Assembly: GCA_965248575.1 (NCBI GenBank)
Contig: CBDFJQ010000002.1
Span: 256,001 to 320,000 of the forward strand
Source of the DNA: Planctomycetota bacterium
GTDB lineage: Bacteria; Planctomycetota; B15-G4
Reading direction: 5' to 3'
Length of the DNA: 64,000 nucleotides
Shown: one piece after another, positions 56,695 to 64,000 of the stretch
Position numbering within the stretch: the stretch's first letter is position 1
Layout: each line of letters begins with the position of its first letter
Notes under the pieces: generated by a model
What the model was told of the DNA's origin: nothing
Databases searched by the model: none
The model's input: only the letters and a program-made list of their open reading frames with translations
Made by a program: the position numbers and the translations under genes

Positions 56695-59184
56695 ATGACT
56701 CAAAACAAGACCCGAGACGGTTCCGCTCGAGGCCCCGTGGGGCGGCTGCTGGGGCTGTTCGACAGCGTCACCCTGGGCATCGTGCTGCTCATCATCCTGT
56801 TCGTGTACTGCACGGTGGGATCGGCAGGCATCTTCTACCCTGAGGGCGGGCGCTTCTGGTCCGGAGCTGCGTGGACCTACGCACAGCTGCGCACCTTCCG
56901 CGGGCTGGAGATGACCGAGTACGAGTGGTTCAACTGGTGGCCGTTCGGGCTGTTGATGGGTTTGATCTGCGTCACCATCATCGTGGTCACGCTGCGCCGC
57001 ATCCGCTTGAACACCCTCAACCTGGGTGTGTGGATGATCCACACCGGCATCATCATTCTTTGTCTGGCGAGCGCTTGGTACTTCGGCACCAAGGTCGAAG
57101 GGGATACGCCTGTCGTGCGGCGCCAGGTCAGCGTGCAGCTCCCCGCGGGAGAGCCCAATGCCCCGGGCGGAGAACGCAGCGGTCATCTGCCCGCCATTCC
57201 GGGTGCCGGATTGGAGCTGTCCGGTTGGCGCTTCGACGTGGTCAGCGTGAACCCCGACTACACGATGCTTTCGGGCCCCGACGAGGGCGGCCGCGACTAC
57301 AGCGTCACGGTGTCCGTGGTTCCGCCTGCGGGCGAGTCGTTCATGCGGCAGCTGTTGGCCCAGCATCCGGAAAACACCGAGGACGTCGTTCGCACGGGCG
57401 ACCCAAGCCAGCCCATGATGCGTGCGATCAAGGCGATCGGAACCGCCCTCGTCGACGAAGAGCTCGGCATGAGGTTGGACTACCTGCCCCAGGAGCACTT
57501 CTACCTCGCCAACTGGGTGGAGAAATCCTGGGCGCTGTACGTGCGCGAGGTCAACGCCGACGGGATGAGGGGTGAGTGGGCGCAACGTCCCTTGGAGGGG
57601 ATGCCGCTCTACAACGACTACGTCACGGACCCCCAGGAGGTGTGGCTGGAGCCGGGCGAGAGCTTGCCAGCCGACCCCCTGCGGGCGACGGCTTCAGCAC
57701 AGGAAGAGCACGACGTCTTGGGGGACGTGGAGCTGCGCATCACCAGCTACCTGCGCTACGCGACGCTGGAGAGCCGACGCATTCCTGGAGGCGCCGAGCT
57801 CGACCCCTTCTTGAGCTTCCGGATGGAGGACGATCAGAACGACGCCTTCCTCGACGTGCAGATGGCCGCCTTTCGCCCCGAAGAGGACACGGCCGATGTT
57901 GGCGTGGGCTTCGTGTGGGTGAACTCCCTGGAAGAACGGGCTGCGCTGATCGAACCAGCGGCTCCTCGTCTCTACTTCCAGGCGCCGGGCATGGGCGAGG
58001 AGCTAGAAGTCCCGGTGCGCGAGGTGTCGGTGCAGAACCCCGCGTTGGCCTTCCGCGAGCTGCCAGGCACGTCCTATGAATACCGCGTGGAGTTCGTGCA
58101 GGACCTTCGTTCCGAAGGCGTCCTGGCCAGTGTGGAATTGCGCACACCCGACCGGCACTTCCGTCGCTGGGTCTTCGACCCCGAGCATGCGTCCCGAACG
58201 ATGGATGTGAGCCTCGCGTCGCCAGAAGAGCACGACCACGACGACCATTCCGGGCACACCCATGCGCCGAACCTGATTCCCGAGGACGTCTATGCCCTGG
58301 ACCCGGGGTTGAGCGTTCGCTTCGAGCCCGGAAACGCTCCGCCGCGGGTGCTGCTCGTGGCGGGCCCTGAGCAGGACGCGTTGGGTGTCGCCTTGCAACT
58401 GGGCTCGGTCCAGGACGGCGCCTATGTTCCGCTCCAGCTGGGCGAGCCCGTGTCGTTGGGTGGGGGCCGGAGTCTGACTGTCCTCAGTTATGCGGCCCGG
58501 AGTCATCGTGAGCAACGGCCAGCGGTCGTGCCGTTGGCTGCACGGAACAGGGATGCCCGGGAGCGACGGGCCATGGCGCGCTTCGAGTTCGCCGTGGGTG
58601 GTCGGGTGGAGTCCTCCTGGCTCACCTTCCATGAGTACGTGTTCGATGAAGCGGACAACGACGCGTTGCGTTTCTCTCCGGCCCTGCGTCGTTATCCCTT
58701 TGCCCCGACGGCCGTGGATCTCGCCGATGGTCGACGGGTCGAGCTGATGCTCTCGCGACAGCGACGCAAGCTGCCCGAGCCTGTCGTGCTGGACGACTTC
58801 GAACTCAGTGCACACATCGGTGGCTACTCGGGGCAGACCAACAGCATCCAGAACTGGACCAGCCAGATTCGTTTCCTGGACGAGCAGGGCGCTGCGTCAG
58901 AACGACAGGCCGTCACGGTGAATGCCCCTGCTGAACGAGCCGGGCTGTGGTACTTCCAAGCCGCGTGGGACCCGCCGGAGAAGGGGCGCTTCCGGGGGGA
59001 GCCGGACAGCAATGGTCTCAACTACACGGTGCTGGGGGTGGGCAACAGGAATGGCGTGGTGACGCAGCTGGTGGGCTGCACCATTGCCGTGCTCGGCATG
59101 CTGTACGCTTTCTACGTGAAACCCGTCCTGGTTCGCAGGAGGCGCCGGCCAAGGCCCCAGGGCATGGCGGGAGGAAAGGCCTGA
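56695..59184 (+). CDS. Cytochrome c biogenesis system II ResB/CcsB-like protein with enlarged periplasmic domain
   Basis: Three N-terminal TMs with GVWMIHTG (TM His); C-terminal VTVNAP..GLWYFQAAW..YTVLGV plus TM; stop overlaps the ccsA start. Confidence 0.75.
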   Translation: MTQNKTRDGSARGPVGRLLGLFDSVTLGIVLLIILFVYCTVGSAGIFYPEGGRFWSGAAWTYAQLRTFRGLEMTEYEWFNWWPFGLLMGLICVTIIVVTLRRIRLNTLNLGVWMIHTGIIILCLASAWYFGTKVEGDTPVVRRQVSVQLPAGEPNAPGGERSGHLPAIPGAGLELSGWRFDVVSVNPDYTMLSGPDEGGRDYSVTVSVVPPAGESFMRQLLAQHPENTEDVVRTGDPSQPMMRAIKAIGTALVDEELGMRLDYLPQEHFYLANWVEKSWALYVREVNADGMRGEWAQRPLEGMPLYNDYVTDPQEVWLEPGESLPADPLRATASAQEEHDVLGDVELRITSYLRYATLESRRIPGGAELDPFLSFRMEDDQNDAFLDVQMAAFRPEEDTADVGVGFVWVNSLEERAALIEPAAPRLYFQAPGMGEELEVPVREVSVQNPALAFRELPGTSYEYRVEFVQDLRSEGVLASVELRTPDRHFRRWVFDPEHASRTMDVSLASPEEHDHDDHSGHTHAPNLIPEDVYALDPGLSVRFEPGNAPPRVLLVAGPEQDALGVALQLGSVQDGAYVPLQLGEPVSLGGGRSLTVLSYAARSHREQRPAVVPLAARNRDARERRAMARFEFAVGGRVESSWLTFHEYVFDEADNDALRFSPALRRYPFAPTAVDLADGRRVELMLSRQRRKLPEPVVLDDFELSAHIGGYSGQTNSIQNWTSQIRFLDEQGAASERQAVTVNAPAERAGLWYFQAAWDPPEKGRFRGEPDSNGLNYTVLGVGNRNGVVTQLVGCTIAVLGMLYAFYVKPVLVRRRRRPRPQGMAGGKA

Positions 59185-60938
59185 TGAAGCCTCGTCAACG
59201 GTTTGCCATCGCGGTGGTGGGTCTGATCATCGCCCTGGTTGCGTTCAGCGGTTGGATGTCAGCGCGGCGCCGCGCCCCGGAGGCACCGAAGACTGCCTTC
59301 TGCGAAGCCGTCGATCTGACGGCCTTGGAGAACGTGGCGGTGCATGCCAACGGCCGCCTGAAGTCCTTCGCCTCCTTCGCCCATGAGCGCATGGGGTGGG
59401 TCATGGGGTCGCGGTCCTATCGTCAGCAGTCGCCTGCCTTCACCTACCTGGATCTACTCTTCCGGCCGGACGCCTATGTCGACGAAGACATCCTGTTCGT
59501 GAAGAACAAGAACCTGCGCGCGGACATCCGCAGGGCGTTCGAGACGTCCCCAGTGATGGCGTCGAATCCCGCCAGCTACGAAGCGCGCTTGGACGCCTTT
59601 ATGAAGTGGGGCCTGATTTCGGAGCCCATGCTGGCGACCCAGGAGGTGCAGCTGCGCCTCAGCGATCTGGAGCGCGACTTGATGCGCTCGGCGCGTTTCG
59701 TGGGAGCCCTGAGCGGCGCCCTTCGAACCAAGGACCCCCGGATGTTAGGCCAGGAACTGCGCCTTGTGCCGCCCCCGGATGGCGATGGACAGGCTCCCTG
59801 GGCAAGCCTCGGGCCCACGGGCCAGAGCATGAACACGCCCCAGGACCCGGCCCTGGCTGAACGACTGAGCAGCGCCTGGGGCGACCTGGCCCAGGAGTGG
59901 ATGGCGCAGAATGCGGTGGGAGTGAATGTTGCCGCTGCGCAGCTCGCGGAGACACTTCCCCTGCTCGAGCCGGATCTGTACCCGAACCTACGGAAGCTGT
60001 CCTGGGAGAGCTGGTATTTCCACAACGGCAACATGACCTGGATCTGGGTGGTCTACCTGCTCAGCGTGGTGTTGTTGCTCCTGTACCTGGTCTACCGCTG
60101 GCCGGGGGCGGGGCGCCTGGGTCTCGCTGCCTTCGGCGCGGCCTTCCTGCTGCAGACCTCAGCGCTGGGTTTGCGCTGGTGGGTCTCGGGGCGCTGGCCC
60201 AACAGCAACATGTTCGAGGCGGTGACGACCTCGGCTTGGATGGGCGGTTGCGCCGCCCTTGTCTTCGAGTTCTTCGGCCGTCGCAGCGCCATGGCCAAGC
60301 TGTTCGCGCTGGCGAGTGCGGCGGCAAGCATGATCGCGTTGATGAGCGCCCACTTCCTGCCGCTGCAGTTGAACCCGAACATCGGCAATATGATGCCGGT
60401 CCTGCACGACATCTGGCTCTACATCCACACCAACGTGATCATCTGGAGTTACATCCTGATCTTCATGGCCGCAGTCACGGGCTTGCTCTACCTGATCCAT
60501 CGTGCGTGCGGCGCGCAGCGCGAGTCATTGCAGCTGGCGGGGGCGAGCATGGCTAGCGCGCGCATCCCAGAGCCGACGAAGGATGGCGGTGGGACCCTGG
60601 GCCAGGGCGTCGCTCTCGAGGAGGACAAGGGGCTCGGTACAGTCCTGGACGGTGTGACCATGGCGCTCATGAAGCTGTCCTTCGTGATGCTCTGGGCGGG
60701 GCTGGTCATGGGGGCGATCTGGGCCGACCATTCCTGGGGGCGCCCCTGGGGTTGGGACCCCAAGGAGGTGTTCGCGCTGTGCACCTTCATCATCTTCGCG
60801 GTGCTGGTCCACGTGCGTTGGAAGAGTCGCGACAAAGGCCTCTGGACAGCCGTCTTGGCAGTGATCGGAGCCGTCGTGATGTTGTTCAACTGGATCGTCA
60901 TCAACTTCTACATCTCTGGCCTCCACAGCTACGCCTGA
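59184..60938 (+). CDS. ccsA: Cytochrome c biogenesis protein CcsA/ResC
   Basis: GRWPNSNMFE, MPVL..IWLYIH, WWD motif WADHSWGRPWGWDPKE, GLHSYA terminus. Confidence 0.92.
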   Translation: MKPRQRFAIAVVGLIIALVAFSGWMSARRRAPEAPKTAFCEAVDLTALENVAVHANGRLKSFASFAHERMGWVMGSRSYRQQSPAFTYLDLLFRPDAYVDEDILFVKNKNLRADIRRAFETSPVMASNPASYEARLDAFMKWGLISEPMLATQEVQLRLSDLERDLMRSARFVGALSGALRTKDPRMLGQELRLVPPPDGDGQAPWASLGPTGQSMNTPQDPALAERLSSAWGDLAQEWMAQNAVGVNVAAAQLAETLPLLEPDLYPNLRKLSWESWYFHNGNMTWIWVVYLLSVVLLLLYLVYRWPGAGRLGLAAFGAAFLLQTSALGLRWWVSGRWPNSNMFEAVTTSAWMGGCAALVFEFFGRRSAMAKLFALASAAASMIALMSAHFLPLQLNPNIGNMMPVLHDIWLYIHTNVIIWSYILIFMAAVTGLLYLIHRACGAQRESLQLAGASMASARIPEPTKDGGGTLGQGVALEEDKGLGTVLDGVTMALMKLSFVMLWAGLVMGAIWADHSWGRPWGWDPKEVFALCTFIIFAVLVHVRWKSRDKGLWTAVLAVIGAVVMLFNWIVINFYISGLHSYA

Positions 60939-60939
60939 C

Positions 60940-61656
60940 ATGAGTCTGCCTGCAATCTCCAAGCGGCTGAGCCGCCAGGTCGGCGCGTTGGAGTTCGCGC
61001 CGCCGGTTAGCTACGTCTACAACCCGGTGGACTACGCATCCGTGACACACGGGCACTACCTCAAGCGCTTTGCGAAGACCGGTTGTGACGCCCTCCTGCT
61101 GGGGATGAACCCCGGCCCCTACGGTATGGCGCAGACGGGCGTGCCCTTCGGCGAGGTGGAGATGGTGCGGGATTGGATGGGGATCTCAGGCCGCGTTCGA
61201 CGCCCCGATCCGGAGCACCCCAAACGCCTGGTCCAGGGCTTTGAGTGTGCGCGCAGCGAGGTCAGTGGCCGGCGCGTCTGGGGTTGGGCGAAAGAGCGTT
61301 TCGGCACACCCGAGGCCTTCTTCAAGCACTACTTCGTCTGGAACTACTGCCCGCTTTCGTTCATGGAGGAGAGTGGGCGGAACCGCACGCCGGACAAGCT
61401 GCCGGAACCCGAGCGCGCAGCGCTCTACGCCGCCTGCGACCAGGGGCTGAGGGACGTGGTGAAGTTCCTGAAGCCGCGCCATGTCATCGGCATCGGGGCC
61501 TTCGCCCAGACACGTGCGCAGAAGGCGCTCGGTGACGCGGTGGACGTCGGGCGTATCCTGCATCCCAGCCCGGCGAGCCCCATCGCCAATCGAGGTTGGG
61601 CCGAGCAGGCCGAGCGCCAGCTGAGCGAGCTGGGCCTTCCGGTCGTCCCGGGTTAG
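60940..61656 (+). CDS. SMUG1-family (UDG family 3) uracil-DNA glycosylase
   Basis: YVYNPVDYA, GMNPGPYGMAQTGVPFG, SEVSGRR, NYCPL, HPSPASP. Confidence 0.93.
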   Translation: MSLPAISKRLSRQVGALEFAPPVSYVYNPVDYASVTHGHYLKRFAKTGCDALLLGMNPGPYGMAQTGVPFGEVEMVRDWMGISGRVRRPDPEHPKRLVQGFECARSEVSGRRVWGWAKERFGTPEAFFKHYFVWNYCPLSFMEESGRNRTPDKLPEPERAALYAACDQGLRDVVKFLKPRHVIGIGAFAQTRAQKALGDAVDVGRILHPSPASPIANRGWAEQAERQLSELGLPVVPG

Positions 61657-62957
61657 CGGACCACCTGGCAGCTGCCGGAGATCTTGTTGGAGAGGCGGCC
61701 GTCTGCCGTGGTCAGCCTGAAGGACCAACGAGCGTTGCCCTCATCGTCGTTGCCTGGCAGCTGCAAGACCGACATGCGGACAAGGGGTGGGTTCGTATCG
61801 AACTCGAAGCGCTTGAACTCGAGACCCTCCAACTTCAGGTCCACAAGCTCTGCTTTCATGGTCTCCGTCATGTCCAGCTCGATGCTGAGGGTTTCGCCAG
61901 CGAACGCCAGGGTGGGCGGCCGCGACATCCAAACCCGGGGGTTGGGCCGTGAACCGTCCTCCGCGCTGTCGTCGGTGTCAGTTTCTGATGACTGCTCATC
62001 AGATGGGACACCCATAGCGGCCTCGTTCTGATTGGAGACGGGCGTGGCTTCACCAGCCGTGTCTGCGGTTTCGGCGGAGGAGCTTCCCTCGGCGAGGGCC
62101 GATGCGGACTGAGAGAAGTTCTGGGCAAGGGTGCCCATGATCACGTCGTCACCCCACTTCTTGTCGTAGGCGAGGATCAGAACGCAGCCTGCGGCCAGAA
62201 GCACTCCCACGAAGGACGGCTTCATTCGCTTGCCGGATGACCCCTTGCGCTGGGTGTGGGCGACGGTCGCCGTGAGGCTCTTGTGGCCCTCGAAGAGGGT
62301 ATAGGCCCGGTACGTGTAGTGCACCTTCGGAGACACGCTGGTGTCGAGGAAGGAGGCATCCGTGCCCTGGTAGACCACGATCTCGTCCGCGGGGTCCGTG
62401 GATGACTCCACGACGCGCACGATGCGCACCTCGTCATAGCGGTCCTCTGGCACCGTCCAGGTGAGCATCACCCGCCCGCGGCGCGGGGACGCCTTGAACT
62501 CGGTGACCCGCTTGGGTTGCTCGAGCTCTTCGTTGTCGCGAAGGCCCCGGCGTTCGAGGAACTCGGCGAGCCAGGCGTTTGCCAGGTCGGAGCGCGCCCG
62601 GCACCAGTTCATGGCGATGTCACGCAGGGACATCTGGGTGTCAGCACCCAAGGCCGTGCGCCCGCCATCAATGTCGGCACGCAAGACGGTGTCACCGAGG
62701 CGGCAGAACTCCTGGAACACCACTTCCAACAGCTCGTCGCGCTTGTTGAGCATGTTGTTGACGTCGTCGAACCACTGCTGAGCACGAGCTGCAACGCTGC
62801 CCTTGGTGCTGTTCAGTTCACGATTGCGCGTGCCACGCTGTTCTTCGCAAGCCGCTTTGATAGCGGCCTCGTCGTCACAGACGGGCAGCCCGAGGGCGGC
62901 AAACATCTCCTGAATCTGGTGGACGTTCTGTCGGCTCTTGTCTGAGCGGGGTGGCAC
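61653..62957 (-). CDS. Single-pass membrane protein: J-domain-like N-terminus (no HPD), FN3 domain, TM, linker, C-terminal beta domain
   Basis: EMFAALGL...AIKAA; VMLTW..VRIVR..VYQG..FLD..YTYRAY (FN3); TM SFVGVLLAAGCVLILAY; start uncertain. Confidence 0.65.
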   Translation of the reverse strand: MPPRSDKSRQNVHQIQEMFAALGLPVCDDEAAIKAACEEQRGTRNRELNSTKGSVAARAQQWFDDVNNMLNKRDELLEVVFQEFCRLGDTVLRADIDGGRTALGADTQMSLRDIAMNWCRARSDLANAWLAEFLERRGLRDNEELEQPKRVTEFKASPRRGRVMLTWTVPEDRYDEVRIVRVVESSTDPADEIVVYQGTDASFLDTSVSPKVHYTYRAYTLFEGHKSLTATVAHTQRKGSSGKRMKPSFVGVLLAAGCVLILAYDKKWGDDVIMGTLAQNFSQSASALAEGSSSAETADTAGEATPVSNQNEAAMGVPSDEQSSETDTDDSAEDGSRPNPRVWMSRPPTLAFAGETLSIELDMTETMKAELVDLKLEGLEFKRFEFDTNPPLVRMSVLQLPGNDDEGNARWSFRLTTADGRLSNKISGSCQVVR

Positions 62958-63056
62958 GTGTGTTTCTCGCGTTAGTACGGGCGGGGCTGGCGGGAGCGGG
63001 GCCCTTGTGCAGGCGGGCGACCTCCCTCTCGGAAGTGCCGCCCGCCGCACGAGTCA

Positions 63057-63998
63057 TCAGTAGAGCTTCAGCGGGCGAGGTGCCTCGCGAGGCGGCTCGT
63101 CGTTGTCCGACTCGTCGTCGCTCGGGCTCTCAGTGCTCTGGGAGCTCGGCGTCACTTCGTCCTGCGCCATGTCGGGCGCCGCAGGTTCGGTGTCCACGGC
63201 CGGCTCCTCGGTGGGGACGGCGGGCTGAACCGGATCGTCACCAAAGGGTTCGGCTGGGTCGAAGGGGCCGTTCATGTCCGGGGCCTGTTCGAGGACGGGC
63301 TCGATGACAGGCTCTTCGACGACAGGCTGCTCGACCACCGGCTGTTCGACCACCGGCTGCTCCACGACAGGCTGGGGGGCGACAGGCTGTTCGACCACCG
63401 GCTGCTCGACCACCGGCTGTTCGACCACCGGCTGCTCGACGACAGGCTGCTCGACGACAGGTTGCTCGACGACAGGCTGCTCGACGACAGGCTGCTCGAC
63501 CACCGGCTGCTCCACGACAGGCTGGGGGGCGACAGGTGCTTCGACCACCGGCTGCTCGACGACGGGCTGGGGGGCGACAGGTGCTTCGACCACCGGCTGC
63601 TCGACGACGGGCTGGGGGGCCGCAGGTGCCGGGGGGGCTTCCGCCTGGGGTTCCACTGAGGGCATCGGGATGGATTTCCGCTCGGCCGCGGGCTTCGGGC
63701 TCGGCACGGTGGCCGGCTGCGAAGGGGTGCTCCAGCGGTCGTAGCGAATCTCGATCTCGGTGTTCGTTTCCATGTCCACCGCGTTGCCCATGATGATGCC
63801 GTTGGAACCAAACCAGAGCGTGGTCCGGATGGGGCGGCCGCGCGGACGGTTCGGGGGCAGGCCCTCGATCCGGAAGTCCACGAGGTGGGCGCACTCCTCG
63901 ATGTCGTCCGAATCACCTTCGAACAGGCGGATGCAGACTTCGGCCTGGTTGTCGAAGAGCGTTTCGGTCACGAACTGACGACGCTCACCGAAGACCGT
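63057..63998 (-). CDS. Hsp70-family protein, C-terminal part (substrate-binding beta domain + Pro/Val/Glu repeat tail); 5' end lies beyond the window
   Basis: DNQAEVCIRLFEG, FRIEGLPP.RPRG.PI, NGII...A.D..T match the DnaK SBD-beta pattern; frame open to the window edge. Confidence 0.82.
   Translation of the reverse strand, partial: TVFGERRQFVTETLFDNQAEVCIRLFEGDSDDIEECAHLVDFRIEGLPPNRPRGRPIRTTLWFGSNGIIMGNAVDMETNTEIEIRYDRWSTPSQPATVPSPKPAAERKSIPMPSVEPQAEAPPAPAAPQPVVEQPVVEAPVAPQPVVEQPVVEAPVAPQPVVEQPVVEQPVVEQPVVEQPVVEQPVVEQPVVEQPVVEQPVVEQPVAPQPVVEQPVVEQPVVEQPVVEEPVIEPVLEQAPDMNGPFDPAEPFGDDPVQPAVPTEEPAVDTEPAAPDMAQDEVTPSSQSTESPSDDESDNDEPPREAPRPLKLY
63300..63629 (-). repeat. 22 tandem 15-bp units encoding QPVVE (17 copies) and variants
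   Basis: Counted directly; variants are QPVAP, APVAP x2, APAAP and EPVIE. Confidence 0.95.
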
Positions 63999-64000
63999 GC

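Noticed and set aside
58947..59183. Long N-terminal extensions in the ORF track (also 43414, 46421, 52259, 53085, 20647, 41703)
   Set aside because: Downstream starts fit signal peptides, RBS or -10 boxes, stop-start overlaps and family N-termini better
63300..63629. Possible CRISPR array
   Set aside because: Contiguous 15-bp units without spacers, in frame within a CDS, and no cas genes
63274..63744. Antisense (TTGCS)n ORF resembling a Cys/Ser/Thr-rich RiPP precursor for the radical SAM enzyme
   Set aside because: It is the reverse reading of the QPVVE repeat; variation is synonymous in the Hsp70 frame, there is no leader, and it lies 13 kb from the enzyme

Overview
A GC-rich bacterial chromosomal window with about 52 supportable CDS and no recognisable rRNA, tRNA, CRISPR array, integrase or transposase. 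The HEAT-repeat secreted proteins, Zn-ribbon bactofilin, large CcsBA and myxobacteria-like collagen suggest a Planctomycetota genome (inference). Layout: (1) the 3' end of nuoN; (2) a ~19.5 kb surface-glycan locus (1033-20467) with four GT genes, four sulfotransferase-fold genes (one with a broken PAPS motif), Wzm/Wzt, a methyltransferase, an esterase with a CBM-like tail, WecB and a pyruvyltransferase; (3) mixed metabolism genes (M28 and M48 peptidases, HIT, FadE, Rieske, Rrf2, amidohydrolase, LplT-Aas fusion with a decayed ligase domain, oxoprolinase with a DUF1445-like tail, ApaH); (4) a secreted collagen fibre protein with a chaperone-like C-terminus, then an ECF/FecR pair and a 7-repeat propeller; (5) a B12-radical SAM enzyme with a C-terminal PqqD/RRE-like domain and a structured leader, downstream of tandem bactofilins; (6) an AbmA-like flavoenzyme, MltA, CcsB/CcsA and SMUG1; (7) at the right edge, a lidless Hsp70 with a QPVVE repeat tail next to a membrane protein with HPD-less J-like and FN3 domains. 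Seven genes have a TANNNT box 6-7 nt before the start codon, suggesting frequent leaderless transcription. All calls come from motif recognition by eye; no searches were run.
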